Shown: positions 8,969 through 17,484 of the stretch, one piece after another
How positions within the stretch are numbered: the stretch's first letter is position 1
How the letters are laid out: every line of letters begins with the position of its first letter
Origin: a virus
DNA length: 64,000 nt
Virus record (IMG/VR): IMGVR_UViG_3300028400_000005
Coordinates: 1-64,000 of that record
Direction: 5' to 3' (one strand)
Notes under the pieces: model-generated
What the model was told of the DNA's origin: nothing
Databases searched by the model: none
Seen by the model: the letters and a program-made list of their open reading frames with translations, nothing else
Position numbers and translations under genes: made by a program

Positions 8969-9002
8969 GTCCAGTATACCAGACACCGGCCCCGTCCGCA
9001 AG
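8969..9002 (-). promoter_or_regulatory. Promoter (TTGCGG / TATACT) with operator GTCC-N8-AGAC (8969-8984)
   Basis: Seen directly. Confidence 0.8.
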
Positions 9003-9004
9003 CG

Positions 9005-9805
9005 TCAGTTCTGCAGCTTGTGGGCGGGGAACTCGAGCCCGTACTTCTTGACCCGCGGCGGGGCCTTGGGGAAGTCGGGGCCGATCTTGCCGCCGTTGGC
9101 GTGGAGGTGGTCGCTGACCTGCTTCATGTACGCCACGCCCTCACGCTTGACGGCCTCGCGCTCGTGCGCGGGCACCAGCTTCCGCAGGTTGTCGTCCTTG
9201 TAGAAGTTGTCGTGGGCGTGGTCGGCCCAGACGTTCTGCCAGGGGTGCCGCAGCTGCACCTCGAGCCGCTGCCCCTTGTGCCCGATGCCGTTGAAGTGCA
9301 CCGAGCGGTAGCCGTCGCGCGAGCCGTCGTGCACCTCGTGCTCCAGCACCTTGAGGTGGGGGTGGGGGTTGTCCATCAGGCTCTTGAGGCGGCGGTGGGC
9401 CTCCTCGAAGTGGGCCGGGTCGTGCACGGTCACGCGCAGGCCCACGGTATCGCCCAGGCGGTTGAAGTGGCGCGGCTGCTTGCCCGGGCGCCCCATCTTC
9501 TCCGCGACCTTGTACGGCTCCTTGATGCGGCCGCCGATCTGCACGTTCAGCCCCTGCAGCACCTTTTCCAGGTGCGCCTTGGCGCGGTCGTGGGCCTCTT
9601 CGGCGATCGGATGCAGGTGCTCGGAGATGTGCTGCTGGACTTCCGGCGCGGTGTGCGGCACCCAGCGGCGCCCGCTGGGGGTCTTCACCCGCACCATCAT
9701 CCGGCCGCTGGGAAGCACGCGCATGGCGCTCGCGCCCTGGGCCTTGGCGAGGAGCGAGAGGGCCAGCTCGACGAGCGAAAAGGAAGACGCTAGGGTGCGA
9801 TCCAT
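9005..9805 (-). CDS. RelA/SpoT-type small alarmone synthetase-like nucleotidyltransferase
   Basis: GRIK..K, D..GLRV, GYRSVH, EVQLR and WA..H motifs. Confidence 0.88.
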   Translation of the reverse strand: MDRTLASSFSLVELALSLLAKAQGASAMRVLPSGRMMVRVKTPSGRRWVPHTAPEVQQHISEHLHPIAEEAHDRAKAHLEKVLQGLNVQIGGRIKEPYKVAEKMGRPGKQPRHFNRLGDTVGLRVTVHDPAHFEEAHRRLKSLMDNPHPHLKVLEHEVHDGSRDGYRSVHFNGIGHKGQRLEVQLRHPWQNVWADHAHDNFYKDDNLRKLVPAHEREAVKREGVAYMKQVSDHLHANGGKIGPDFPKAPPRVKKYGLEFPAHKLQN

Positions 9806-9811
9806 GGCCGC

Positions 9812-9834
9812 ACCCTAGCGTCGGGGACGGTGGG
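9812..9834 (-). promoter_or_regulatory. Late-promoter motif
   Basis: cccACCGtccccgacgc-TAGGGT-6 nt-ATG 9805. Confidence 0.7.
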
Positions 9835-9837
9835 TCG

Positions 9838-10203
9838 TTACGCTCCGACGGCGTTGGCCGGCCCCATGTCGGGGTCGTAGAGCACGTAACCCTCGCCGGA
9901 CGGCCAGTAGCTGTGCCCCTGGTAACGCTCGCCCCAGAGCGTCTTCTGCTCGGCGTGGTGCAGCGCGGCCAGGAAGAGCGACCACTCGTCGGGGTAGAGC
10001 TGTTCGAGCCGGGCCACGGTCTCCGGCTCGTCGTGGGGGTGGGGGAGATGCACCGACGGCAGCGTCTCCGCGTCCGTTTCCCGGCGCAGCCAGCGCTTCA
10101 GCGGCCACCAGTACATGCCGTAGGCCTTGTAGCTGCCAGGATCCCGCTGGAGCAGCTGCACCACCCCGCTCAGGGCTTCACGGTCCACCTTGCGCTTGCT
10201 CAT
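9838..10203 (-). CDS. Hypothetical protein
   Basis: Coupled to the stop of the giant upstream gene. Confidence 0.7.
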   Translation of the reverse strand: MSKRKVDREALSGVVQLLQRDPGSYKAYGMYWWPLKRWLRRETDAETLPSVHLPHPHDEPETVARLEQLYPDEWSLFLAALHHAEQKTLWGERYQGHSYWPSGEGYVLYDPDMGPANAVGA

Positions 10204-13200
10204 CGCGTCCTCCCCGTCATTTTATGGTAAAGCTCCACGAGCGAGGCCTTCACCAGGTACTCGGCCTGCTCGGGGCGCGGTATCGCGCGCCAATGCCGCT
10301 TGCCCAGCACCCGCTCGGCGTAGAAGGGCAGCGCACCGAGGGCGTCGTAGCCCAGGTCGCGCTCGCCGTGGTGTTTCCGCCACAGCTCGATGTCCTCGGG
10401 GGTGTTGGTGAGCAGCCGCTCGCCCTCTTCAAGCGGGATGCCGGGCTTGGCGTACGAGGCGGTGCGGTGCTCGGGGACGCCCTCGCGGTTGACGACCCAG
10501 GCCCCGATGCCGCCCCGGTCCTGCTTGGCCCACTCCTTGAGCGCTTCCTGGATCCGGTCGTGGTGCCGGCGCACCACGTCGGGGTGCACCTTCTGCAAGC
10601 CGGTGACGCCCACGTGCCGCAGCCGCTGCGCCAGCTCCTGCCCCAGGGTTTCGTCGTCCACCCGCGGGCGCGCGAAGATGTTGCCCAGCTCGGCCACGTC
10701 CTCGATCTTGTAGCTCGAGGGCTTGGGCTCGGAGCCGTAGCGCTGCAGCGGCACCAGCGGGGCGATCTGCATCGTCTTGGTGACGGGGCTGACCGAGAGG
10801 ATGCGGAAGTGCCGCACGCCGCCGTCCTTGGTGTGCTGCTCGATGTGGCCGCCCTCCACGAAGACCTGGCCCGACGGGGCGATCACGAAGGGACGGCCCT
10901 CGCGGATCGCGTCCAGCTGGTCCTTGCTCACCTGCTCGTTGCGCTCGAGGTCGGACATGCGCGCCCGCCACTCGCCCTCGAGGCGCTTGAGCTTGCGGCT
11001 GCGCTCCTCCAGGCGCCGGTTCCACACGGCCACCTTCTCGGGGCTCCCCTCGGCGTGCGCCTTCTCCAGGTTGGCCTGCGCCTGAGCGACCAGGCCGCGC
11101 TGCTTCTGGACGGAGTGGTGCAGGATGCTCGCCTGCTGCAGCTTCTGGACGGTGGCCTGCCACGCGGCGGCCTTGGCCTCCTCGAGGCGCTTTTTCTTCT
11201 GCTTCTCCAGGATCGCCCGCACGTCGTCGGGGTTGTCGGCCGTCTGCATGAGCATCTGGGTGTAGGGGTCGTTCTCCGGGTCCATGGCGTCGGCGTTGCG
11301 GGCGCGCTCCTCGGTGCTGTTCCACAGGATGTCGGTCCAGCCCTTCTTACCGAGCATGGTGCCGTAGGTCATGGCGTCCACGGAGCCGCGCGCCAGCAGC
11401 ACGTGGTTGCGCACCTTCTCCTGGGTGTTGCCCTGCCGTACGGCGCGGCCCAGGCGCTGCCAGTAGGTGCCCGGGTCCCAGGGGATGTCCAGGTGCACCA
11501 TGTCGGTCGTGCCCGTCTGCAGGTTGAACCCCTCGCCGATGACCCCGGTGGAGCCGATGACCACGCGGATCTTGCCGGCCTTGTAGGCGGCCTCGATGTC
11601 GGCGCGGGCGGCCGAGCTCTTGGCCGTCTTCGAGGTGACGACGGCGATCTGGTCTTCGGGCACGCCCGCCTCGATGAGGTGCTGCTTAAGCCGGGCGTAG
11701 GCGTTGGTGCGGCTCTCCTCGAGGTGCTTGGCGACCAGCTTCCGCAGCTTGGCGGTGGTCATGCCCTCATGGGGGAGCTTGTTGCGCTTGGCGTACTCGC
11801 GCAGGGCGTCCTCGCCCATGTCCTCGGCGGGGTTCTCGTCCATGGACGACTGCCCCAGGTCCATGAACATGACCACCTTCCCGCCCTCGCTGAGCGCCTG
11901 TTTGGCGATCTCGCCCGCCTTCTGGAAGCGCGGGTTGGGCAGGTGCCCCAGGCGCTCGGGGTCGTAGACCGCGGGGTCGAGGGTGAGGAAACGCATGCGC
12001 GCCAGGTAGGAGAAGAAGTGCTCGTCGCCTTCGGCTTCGCGGTTGGCCGCGGCGTGCTGGGCGGCGGCGGCCAGGGCGCGGTACTCCGTGTGCTGCTCGG
12101 GGTGCATCTCGAAGATGTGCTCGTGGTCCTCGCGCTCGGGGATCTTGAGACCCACCTCCTGCGCGGTGCGCCGGAAGATGTAGCGGTTCATCAGTCCCCG
12201 AAGCTCCCCCAGGTTCTTGAACCCGAGGACGGCGGTCCGCACCTCCACGCCGCCGGGCGTGGCCACCAGGGCATTGCCGATGTCCGTGTAGCGGCTGATG
12301 AACGCCTCCGGGGTGGGCGCGATGCGGTCTACGGCGTCGGTGACGTAGCGCAGCATGTTGTAGACCTCGAGCGGCGAGTTTTTGGTCGGGGTGGCCGTGA
12401 GGGCGTAGATCCCGCTGCCGTCGTTGTGGTCGCGCACGTGCCGCGCCTTGATCAGCATGTCGAGCGCGCGCTGCGACTCCGAGCCGGCCCCCAAAAACTT
12501 CGGCGACTCGCCGAAGACCCGCGGCGCCGCATGCAGGTTCTTGTAGGCGTGGTGCTCGTCCGAGATGAGCGCGTCCACGCCCAGGTCCTCCCAATGCACC
12601 GCCCGCACCTGGTCGCCGAAGAGCTTGGCCGTGGCCTTCTCCATGGCCTGCTGCATCTTGCCCACCCAGTCGCGCTCGCTGCGCTTCTTGCGCTTGTCGT
12701 GCTGCGCCTCCTCGAACTCGCGGGCGCGCACCACGTCGTCCTTGACGTAGCGCTCGAGGGTTTCGGGCCGTACCGGGATGGCACCGAACTTGTCGCGGGT
12801 GATGAGCACGCGGGTGATGCTGGGGTCCGCGGCGAGGCGCGCGAGCTTGGTGGCCACGTCCTTCATTTTGTCCTCGCGCCAGACCTTCTTCTTGGGATCA
12901 AAGGTCTCGCCGATGACCATCACGTGGTCCCCGGGGACGCCCCGGGCCACGTCCGCCCGGGACAGGGCGCGCAGCGCCGCGCGGAAGCGCTCGGGCTCGA
13001 GCCCGCTGGCCTTCTCGGCGTCGTTCAGGTTGATGAGGTCGCGCTCCTTGAGCAGATCGTAGACCTTCTGCGCGTCCGCGGCGGTCTGCTCGTCGGTGCC
13101 CTCGGGGACGGCGAACTCGCCCGTGATGTACCAGCGGCCGCTACCGAGCTCGGCGTAGCTGTTGCGCCAGTTGCCCATCAGGCTCTTGGGCATGACGTGC

Positions 13201-16200
13201 ATGACCCGCTTGGCCCGGCCTTCGTGCTCGAGGAGCTGGGCTAGCGCGAGGCCGGCGTACGTCTTCCCGAGACCCACGTCGAGGGCCATGATCGAGTTGC
13301 CGGTGTCGAGGGCGTGCCGCACCGCCTCCGTCTGGAAGTCATGCAGCGGCGGACCCTTCCAGTCGGGGATGTCCAGCGCCTCGTTGCTGTACTTGGGCGG
13401 GATGTAGCTGTTGTAGGTGCGGTTGTAGCCCTCTTCGAGCTCTTCGCGGTAGTCGGAGCTGGCCGCCCACGCCTTGAACTGGTCGGCCCACTCCTGCTCC
13501 TGCTTGCGGGCCTCCTCGCGGTACTGCGCCTTGAGCGCGTCCAGCTCGGCGCGGGTCATGGTCCTCGTCTGCTCGGCCGTGAGGCGCCGCACCGGGGTGT
13601 CGAAGTTGAGGTACTTGACGAACTCCTTGACGTGGTCGGGGAGACTGTAGCCCTCGGCGTGCTCCACGATGAAGATGCCGGTGTCCGTACGCCGCACATT
13701 GTACTGGCCGCCCGGGTCCACGACCTCGCCGATGAAGTCGCGCACCACCTCCGGGCGCACGTAGTGGTCGCGGGCCGTGATCTCGACCTCCTCGAGGGGC
13801 TTGCGGGGCAGCTTCTCGCGGAACTTCTTGGCCTGGGCCCGCAGGATCTCGCGTTCGGTGTTCGAGAGGCCCGGGGCCTCGGCGGCCCGCTCCAGCGCCT
13901 CGGAGCGCTCGTACACGTCCCCGACGTAGAACTCGTCGTCGGGAATCCAGCGCCCCGACTCGTCCATGGCGTAGCCGTTCTCGGCCAGCCACTCCATGGC
14001 CTGCGTGGTGCCCCAGCCTTTCCCCGCCAGCACCGAGGCCAAGCGGGTGGGGGTGAGGCGCCGCTGCCGCGCAAGGTGCGCCGCGACGGCGTAGGGGTCG
14101 GTGTAGTCCACCCCCTCGCCGCGCTCGCCCGTGACCGGGTTGAGCAGGTGCTCGGCCACGTCGCCCTTGGGCGTGACGGCGCTGAGCAGGTGGGCGAGGC
14201 TGTGCCGGCGTTTGAGCTCGCCGGCCAAGTGTTGGTGGGGGTTGCCGTACTCCTCCAGGTAGCGCTTCAGGGACTCGACCACCGCCTTACGGCGCGCCTC
14301 GGCGTCGGCCGGGCTGCCGTTGTTGAGCACGTGCACGTACTCGCGCAGCTCGTCGGCGATGCTGACCGCGGCCGCGAGGCGCGGGTCCTCGCCCTGGATC
14401 GTGTGCCAGCGCCCGTTGCGGAAGACCAGGCGGCCGTCCTCGCTGACCGTCCCCTCCTCGACGCGGCCGCGCTCGAGGTTCGAGGCCGCGCTCGTGGCCC
14501 AGTCGCGGGCCGATGCGTACTCGTCCCCGTAGTGGCGCTCCAGCGCCGCCATGTCCGCCGGCTGTTCGTCGGTGGGGGCCTGGGCCAGGCGCTCGAGCAG
14601 CCCGGGCTCGAGCTCGCCCTCGATCTTCTTGTAGCCGTGGTACGTGGTCTCGCCGCTCCACGTCCCGAAGAGGTGGTCGTCGCGCAGGTGCAGCTTGCCG
14701 TCCAGGAAGTCGCGCGCGGCGTCCGTGAGCACGCCCGCCTTCTCCAGGGCCTCCTCGCCGTGGCGCTGCACCAGGCGCAGGAGGGTCATCCCCTCATCGT
14801 CCGGGCGCTTGCGCACCACCAGCACCACCGGGGGCACCCCCGAGTTGGACTCCTTGAAGACGCTGGAGGGGAGCTGGTAGGCCCCCAGGACCTCCGCCCG
14901 GGCCAAGAGGCGCCGGCGGAAGTCGCGGGTCGAGGGGTTCTCGACGGGTCCCGGGTTGATCAGGTGCACGCCCACGCCGCCGTCCTTGAGGCGGTCCAGG
15001 GAGGCGTCAATGAAATACTGCTCGGCCTTGGCGAGCCACGGCTTGCCCTTGCCGATCAGGCTGCCGCGGATGCCGTAGGGCGGGTTGGCGATCACCGCGT
15101 CGTAGGTGTGCTCCTGCCCTTCGCCCTGGTTGTACTCCTCGAAGGACAGGCCGGGGTAGACCTTGTGCCCCCGGGGCTCGTGCAGCAGCTTGCCGATCTT
15201 GCCCGATACCTCGGAGAGCTCGACGCCGGTCACGCGGGTGCCGTCGGGGGCGGTGTGCAGGAAGACGCCGTTGCCCATCGAGGGCTCGAGCGCGGTCTTG
15301 GGCTGGCCGGCCACGCGGTGCAGCAGGGCCCACATGGCGGCCGCCAGCGGCGCCGGGGTGTAGTGGGCGTTCAGGTCGCCCGTCAGGCCGCCCTCGCCGG
15401 TGTAGGCGGCCAGGACCTGGCGCTCCTCCTCGGTGGGCTCGCGCTTCTCGTCTTCCAGGCGCTCCAGCAGCTCCACGGCGCGCGCGTTGGCCTTGGTGCG
15501 CTGGGCAACCGTGGCCTTGGGCAGCAGCGCGAACCCGAACCGGGGAATACGCTTCAGGATCTCGCGCAGGGGGCGCGCGTAGTTGAGTCCGCGGCCTTCG
15601 GCTTCGGCCTGGGGCGGCTCCTCGGCGGCCGGCTCGGCCTCGGCCTCGGGCTCGGTCTCGGTCGGCTTGGCCTCGGGTTCGGGCTCCGGCTCGGCCTGGG
15701 GTTCGGCCGCTCCGGCTTCCGCCTCGGGCGCGGTCGGCTTGGCCTCGGGTTCGGGCTCCGAGGTGGCCTGGGGCTCGGGTTCGGTTTCCTGCCGGGGCGC
15801 GCTCGGGGCGCTTTCGGGTTCCTCGTCCACGCGGTGCCAGCGCCCGCCCTTGAGGCGGTACGTGTGGGCCCCGTCGGCGAAGACGACCGTCTTCTCGGCA
15901 CCCTCCCGCAGGTGCTGATCGGAAGGGTCGGCCGGCAGCTCCGCGGGGGCCGGTCCCGCGGTGTCGGGCACCGACGGCTCCACCTGCGGCGCGTTCTTGC
16001 CCTCCCAGCGCTCGCGCGGCACTTCATGGTAGAAGTGGTCGGTCAGGTTCTGGGCGAAGACCCGGGCGAACTGGGGGTCGCGTCCCCGCAGCTCGTAGCC
16101 GCGGATCGGGTCGTGCGTCGCCGTCTCCTCCAGCTCGAGGGCGCCGTCGGGAGCCACCTTGTACACCAGCTCGCCGTCGAGGTAGATGTCGCTCATTGGG

Positions 16201-17222
16201 TCGTCGGGGTCGGCGTGGCGGTAGTGGGTGAGGTACAGCCGCGGCGCGCCGTCCCGCCCCGGGTGGCGCTCGATGACCAGCGGCAGGAAGGGCGGGTTGG
16301 GGATGCGCAGGTGGTAGTCGCCGTCCTCGTCCCCCTCGCGCAGGACGTGCTCACGCAGGCCGGCCCGCTCCAGGAACTCCGCCACCGCCTTGGCGTCGGC
16401 GCTCTTCTGGCGGTCGGCGGGGGCGACGGCCGGCCCCGCGTCCTGTTCGGGCTCGGCCGGCTTGGGCGGCTCCAGCTCCCCGCGGCTGGCCAGGCGGGCC
16501 GCGGCCTCGACCTTCTTGGCGAGGGCGCCCGCCGTCTTGATCAGGTTCTCCGAGCCGTGGTCCACCCGTCCCCCGGCGTCGTAGGCGAAGCTGCTCGCGG
16601 CGTACAGGTCCTTCATCGCCGCCTGCAGCTTCACCAGCATGCGCTGCAGGCGCGACAACGGGTCGTTCCCGCGGGGCAGCTTGCGCGGGCGCAGCTTCTT
16701 GCGCTCCCACTTGGGGGCCGCGTTGGAGTCGAAAACGCGCTCCACCTCGCGCTCGAGCTCGTCCAGGGCGGCCTCGGGATCGCGGCGCAGGGTCGCTTCC
16801 CAGTCGTCCGGCGCCGGCCGCTCTTCGGGTTTGGCCTCGGGTTTGGCCTCGGTCTCGGTCGGCTTGGCCTCGGCCTCGGGCTTGGGGGCGGCGGCCTGCG
16901 GCTTCGGCTTCTGCGCGGCCTCCGCCTCGCCGTCCGCCTTCTCCCAGTACGTCTGCGTGTGAACCTTGCCGCTCTTCTCGCGCACCACCTTTTTGACCGG
17001 CTTGAGGTGCGCCTTGTCGTGCCGGCGGTCGAAGAGCGACGGCTGCTCGGGCTGGCGGCCCTGCCCGTCGAAGAGTGCGGGCTGGTCGGGGGGCGGCGCC
17101 TTGCGCCGGCGCGTCCCCGCAGAGCGCCGCGTGCGGCGCGCGGACCGGCTGGGGGCTGGAGGGAGGTTGAAGAGGGCCTGGGCCTGGGCTTTGATGAGGT
17201 CGTAAATCTCGCGTAGGGTCAT
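10200..17222 (-). CDS. Giant DarB-like polyvalent protein: N6-adenine methyltransferase plus SNF2 helicase (2340 aa)
   Basis: MTase motifs LEPSMGNG and NPPY. Helicase motifs DVGLGKT, DEHH, TATP, GEGFNLQ and QRLGRAVRQG. Pro/Glu linker repeats. Confidence 0.9.
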   Translation of the reverse strand: MTLREIYDLIKAQAQALFNLPPAPSRSARRTRRSAGTRRRKAPPPDQPALFDGQGRQPEQPSLFDRRHDKAHLKPVKKVVREKSGKVHTQTYWEKADGEAEAAQKPKPQAAAPKPEAEAKPTETEAKPEAKPEERPAPDDWEATLRRDPEAALDELEREVERVFDSNAAPKWERKKLRPRKLPRGNDPLSRLQRMLVKLQAAMKDLYAASSFAYDAGGRVDHGSENLIKTAGALAKKVEAAARLASRGELEPPKPAEPEQDAGPAVAPADRQKSADAKAVAEFLERAGLREHVLREGDEDGDYHLRIPNPPFLPLVIERHPGRDGAPRLYLTHYRHADPDDPMSDIYLDGELVYKVAPDGALELEETATHDPIRGYELRGRDPQFARVFAQNLTDHFYHEVPRERWEGKNAPQVEPSVPDTAGPAPAELPADPSDQHLREGAEKTVVFADGAHTYRLKGGRWHRVDEEPESAPSAPRQETEPEPQATSEPEPEAKPTAPEAEAGAAEPQAEPEPEPEAKPTETEPEAEAEPAAEEPPQAEAEGRGLNYARPLREILKRIPRFGFALLPKATVAQRTKANARAVELLERLEDEKREPTEEERQVLAAYTGEGGLTGDLNAHYTPAPLAAAMWALLHRVAGQPKTALEPSMGNGVFLHTAPDGTRVTGVELSEVSGKIGKLLHEPRGHKVYPGLSFEEYNQGEGQEHTYDAVIANPPYGIRGSLIGKGKPWLAKAEQYFIDASLDRLKDGGVGVHLINPGPVENPSTRDFRRRLLARAEVLGAYQLPSSVFKESNSGVPPVVLVVRKRPDDEGMTLLRLVQRHGEEALEKAGVLTDAARDFLDGKLHLRDDHLFGTWSGETTYHGYKKIEGELEPGLLERLAQAPTDEQPADMAALERHYGDEYASARDWATSAASNLERGRVEEGTVSEDGRLVFRNGRWHTIQGEDPRLAAAVSIADELREYVHVLNNGSPADAEARRKAVVESLKRYLEEYGNPHQHLAGELKRRHSLAHLLSAVTPKGDVAEHLLNPVTGERGEGVDYTDPYAVAAHLARQRRLTPTRLASVLAGKGWGTTQAMEWLAENGYAMDESGRWIPDDEFYVGDVYERSEALERAAEAPGLSNTEREILRAQAKKFREKLPRKPLEEVEITARDHYVRPEVVRDFIGEVVDPGGQYNVRRTDTGIFIVEHAEGYSLPDHVKEFVKYLNFDTPVRRLTAEQTRTMTRAELDALKAQYREEARKQEQEWADQFKAWAASSDYREELEEGYNRTYNSYIPPKYSNEALDIPDWKGPPLHDFQTEAVRHALDTGNSIMALDVGLGKTYAGLALAQLLEHEGRAKRVMHVMPKSLMGNWRNSYAELGSGRWYITGEFAVPEGTDEQTAADAQKVYDLLKERDLINLNDAEKASGLEPERFRAALRALSRADVARGVPGDHVMVIGETFDPKKKVWREDKMKDVATKLARLAADPSITRVLITRDKFGAIPVRPETLERYVKDDVVRAREFEEAQHDKRKKRSERDWVGKMQQAMEKATAKLFGDQVRAVHWEDLGVDALISDEHHAYKNLHAAPRVFGESPKFLGAGSESQRALDMLIKARHVRDHNDGSGIYALTATPTKNSPLEVYNMLRYVTDAVDRIAPTPEAFISRYTDIGNALVATPGGVEVRTAVLGFKNLGELRGLMNRYIFRRTAQEVGLKIPEREDHEHIFEMHPEQHTEYRALAAAAQHAAANREAEGDEHFFSYLARMRFLTLDPAVYDPERLGHLPNPRFQKAGEIAKQALSEGGKVVMFMDLGQSSMDENPAEDMGEDALREYAKRNKLPHEGMTTAKLRKLVAKHLEESRTNAYARLKQHLIEAGVPEDQIAVVTSKTAKSSAARADIEAAYKAGKIRVVIGSTGVIGEGFNLQTGTTDMVHLDIPWDPGTYWQRLGRAVRQGNTQEKVRNHVLLARGSVDAMTYGTMLGKKGWTDILWNSTEERARNADAMDPENDPYTQMLMQTADNPDDVRAILEKQKKKRLEEAKAAAWQATVQKLQQASILHHSVQKQRGLVAQAQANLEKAHAEGSPEKVAVWNRRLEERSRKLKRLEGEWRARMSDLERNEQVSKDQLDAIREGRPFVIAPSGQVFVEGGHIEQHTKDGGVRHFRILSVSPVTKTMQIAPLVPLQRYGSEPKPSSYKIEDVAELGNIFARPRVDDETLGQELAQRLRHVGVTGLQKVHPDVVRRHHDRIQEALKEWAKQDRGGIGAWVVNREGVPEHRTASYAKPGIPLEEGERLLTNTPEDIELWRKHHGERDLGYDALGALPFYAERVLGKRHWRAIPRPEQAEYLVKASLVELYHKMTGRTR

Positions 17223-17452
17223 TCGGTCGCCTCCACCGCGCGGGCCGTCCCGCGCTCGAGCACGTGGCTCAGGTACTCGTCTTCCAGCGCGCTTCCCCGC
17301 GGGGCGCGGATGCCGTCGGCGGCCGCGCGGGCGGCCTCCTCGTGGCGCTCGGCCACGCGACGGGCGGCACCGCGCGCTGCGGCCTCCTCCACGTGGGCGC
17401 GCGCGATCTCGGCGCTGATCTCGGCCAGCAAGCGCTTGGCGTCGTCCTTCAT
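17219..17452 (-). CDS. Small helical hypothetical protein, first gene of the DarB-like operon
   Basis: Late-promoter motif (ctgACCA-N10-TAAGGT, 17460-17482) 7 nt upstream of ATG 17452, and overlap with the next start. Confidence 0.6.
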   Translation of the reverse strand: MKDDAKRLLAEISAEIARAHVEEAAARGAARRVAERHEEAARAAADGIRAPRGSALEDEYLSHVLERGTARAVEATE

Positions 17453-17484
17453 GGTGCGCACCTTATCCGCCGTGGTGGTCAGTC

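Noticed and set aside
15600-16890. Repeated ggcttggcctcggg-type sequences
   Set aside because: They encode Pro/Glu/Ala linkers (EPEAKPTETE) of the DarB-like protein and are not an independent DNA element.
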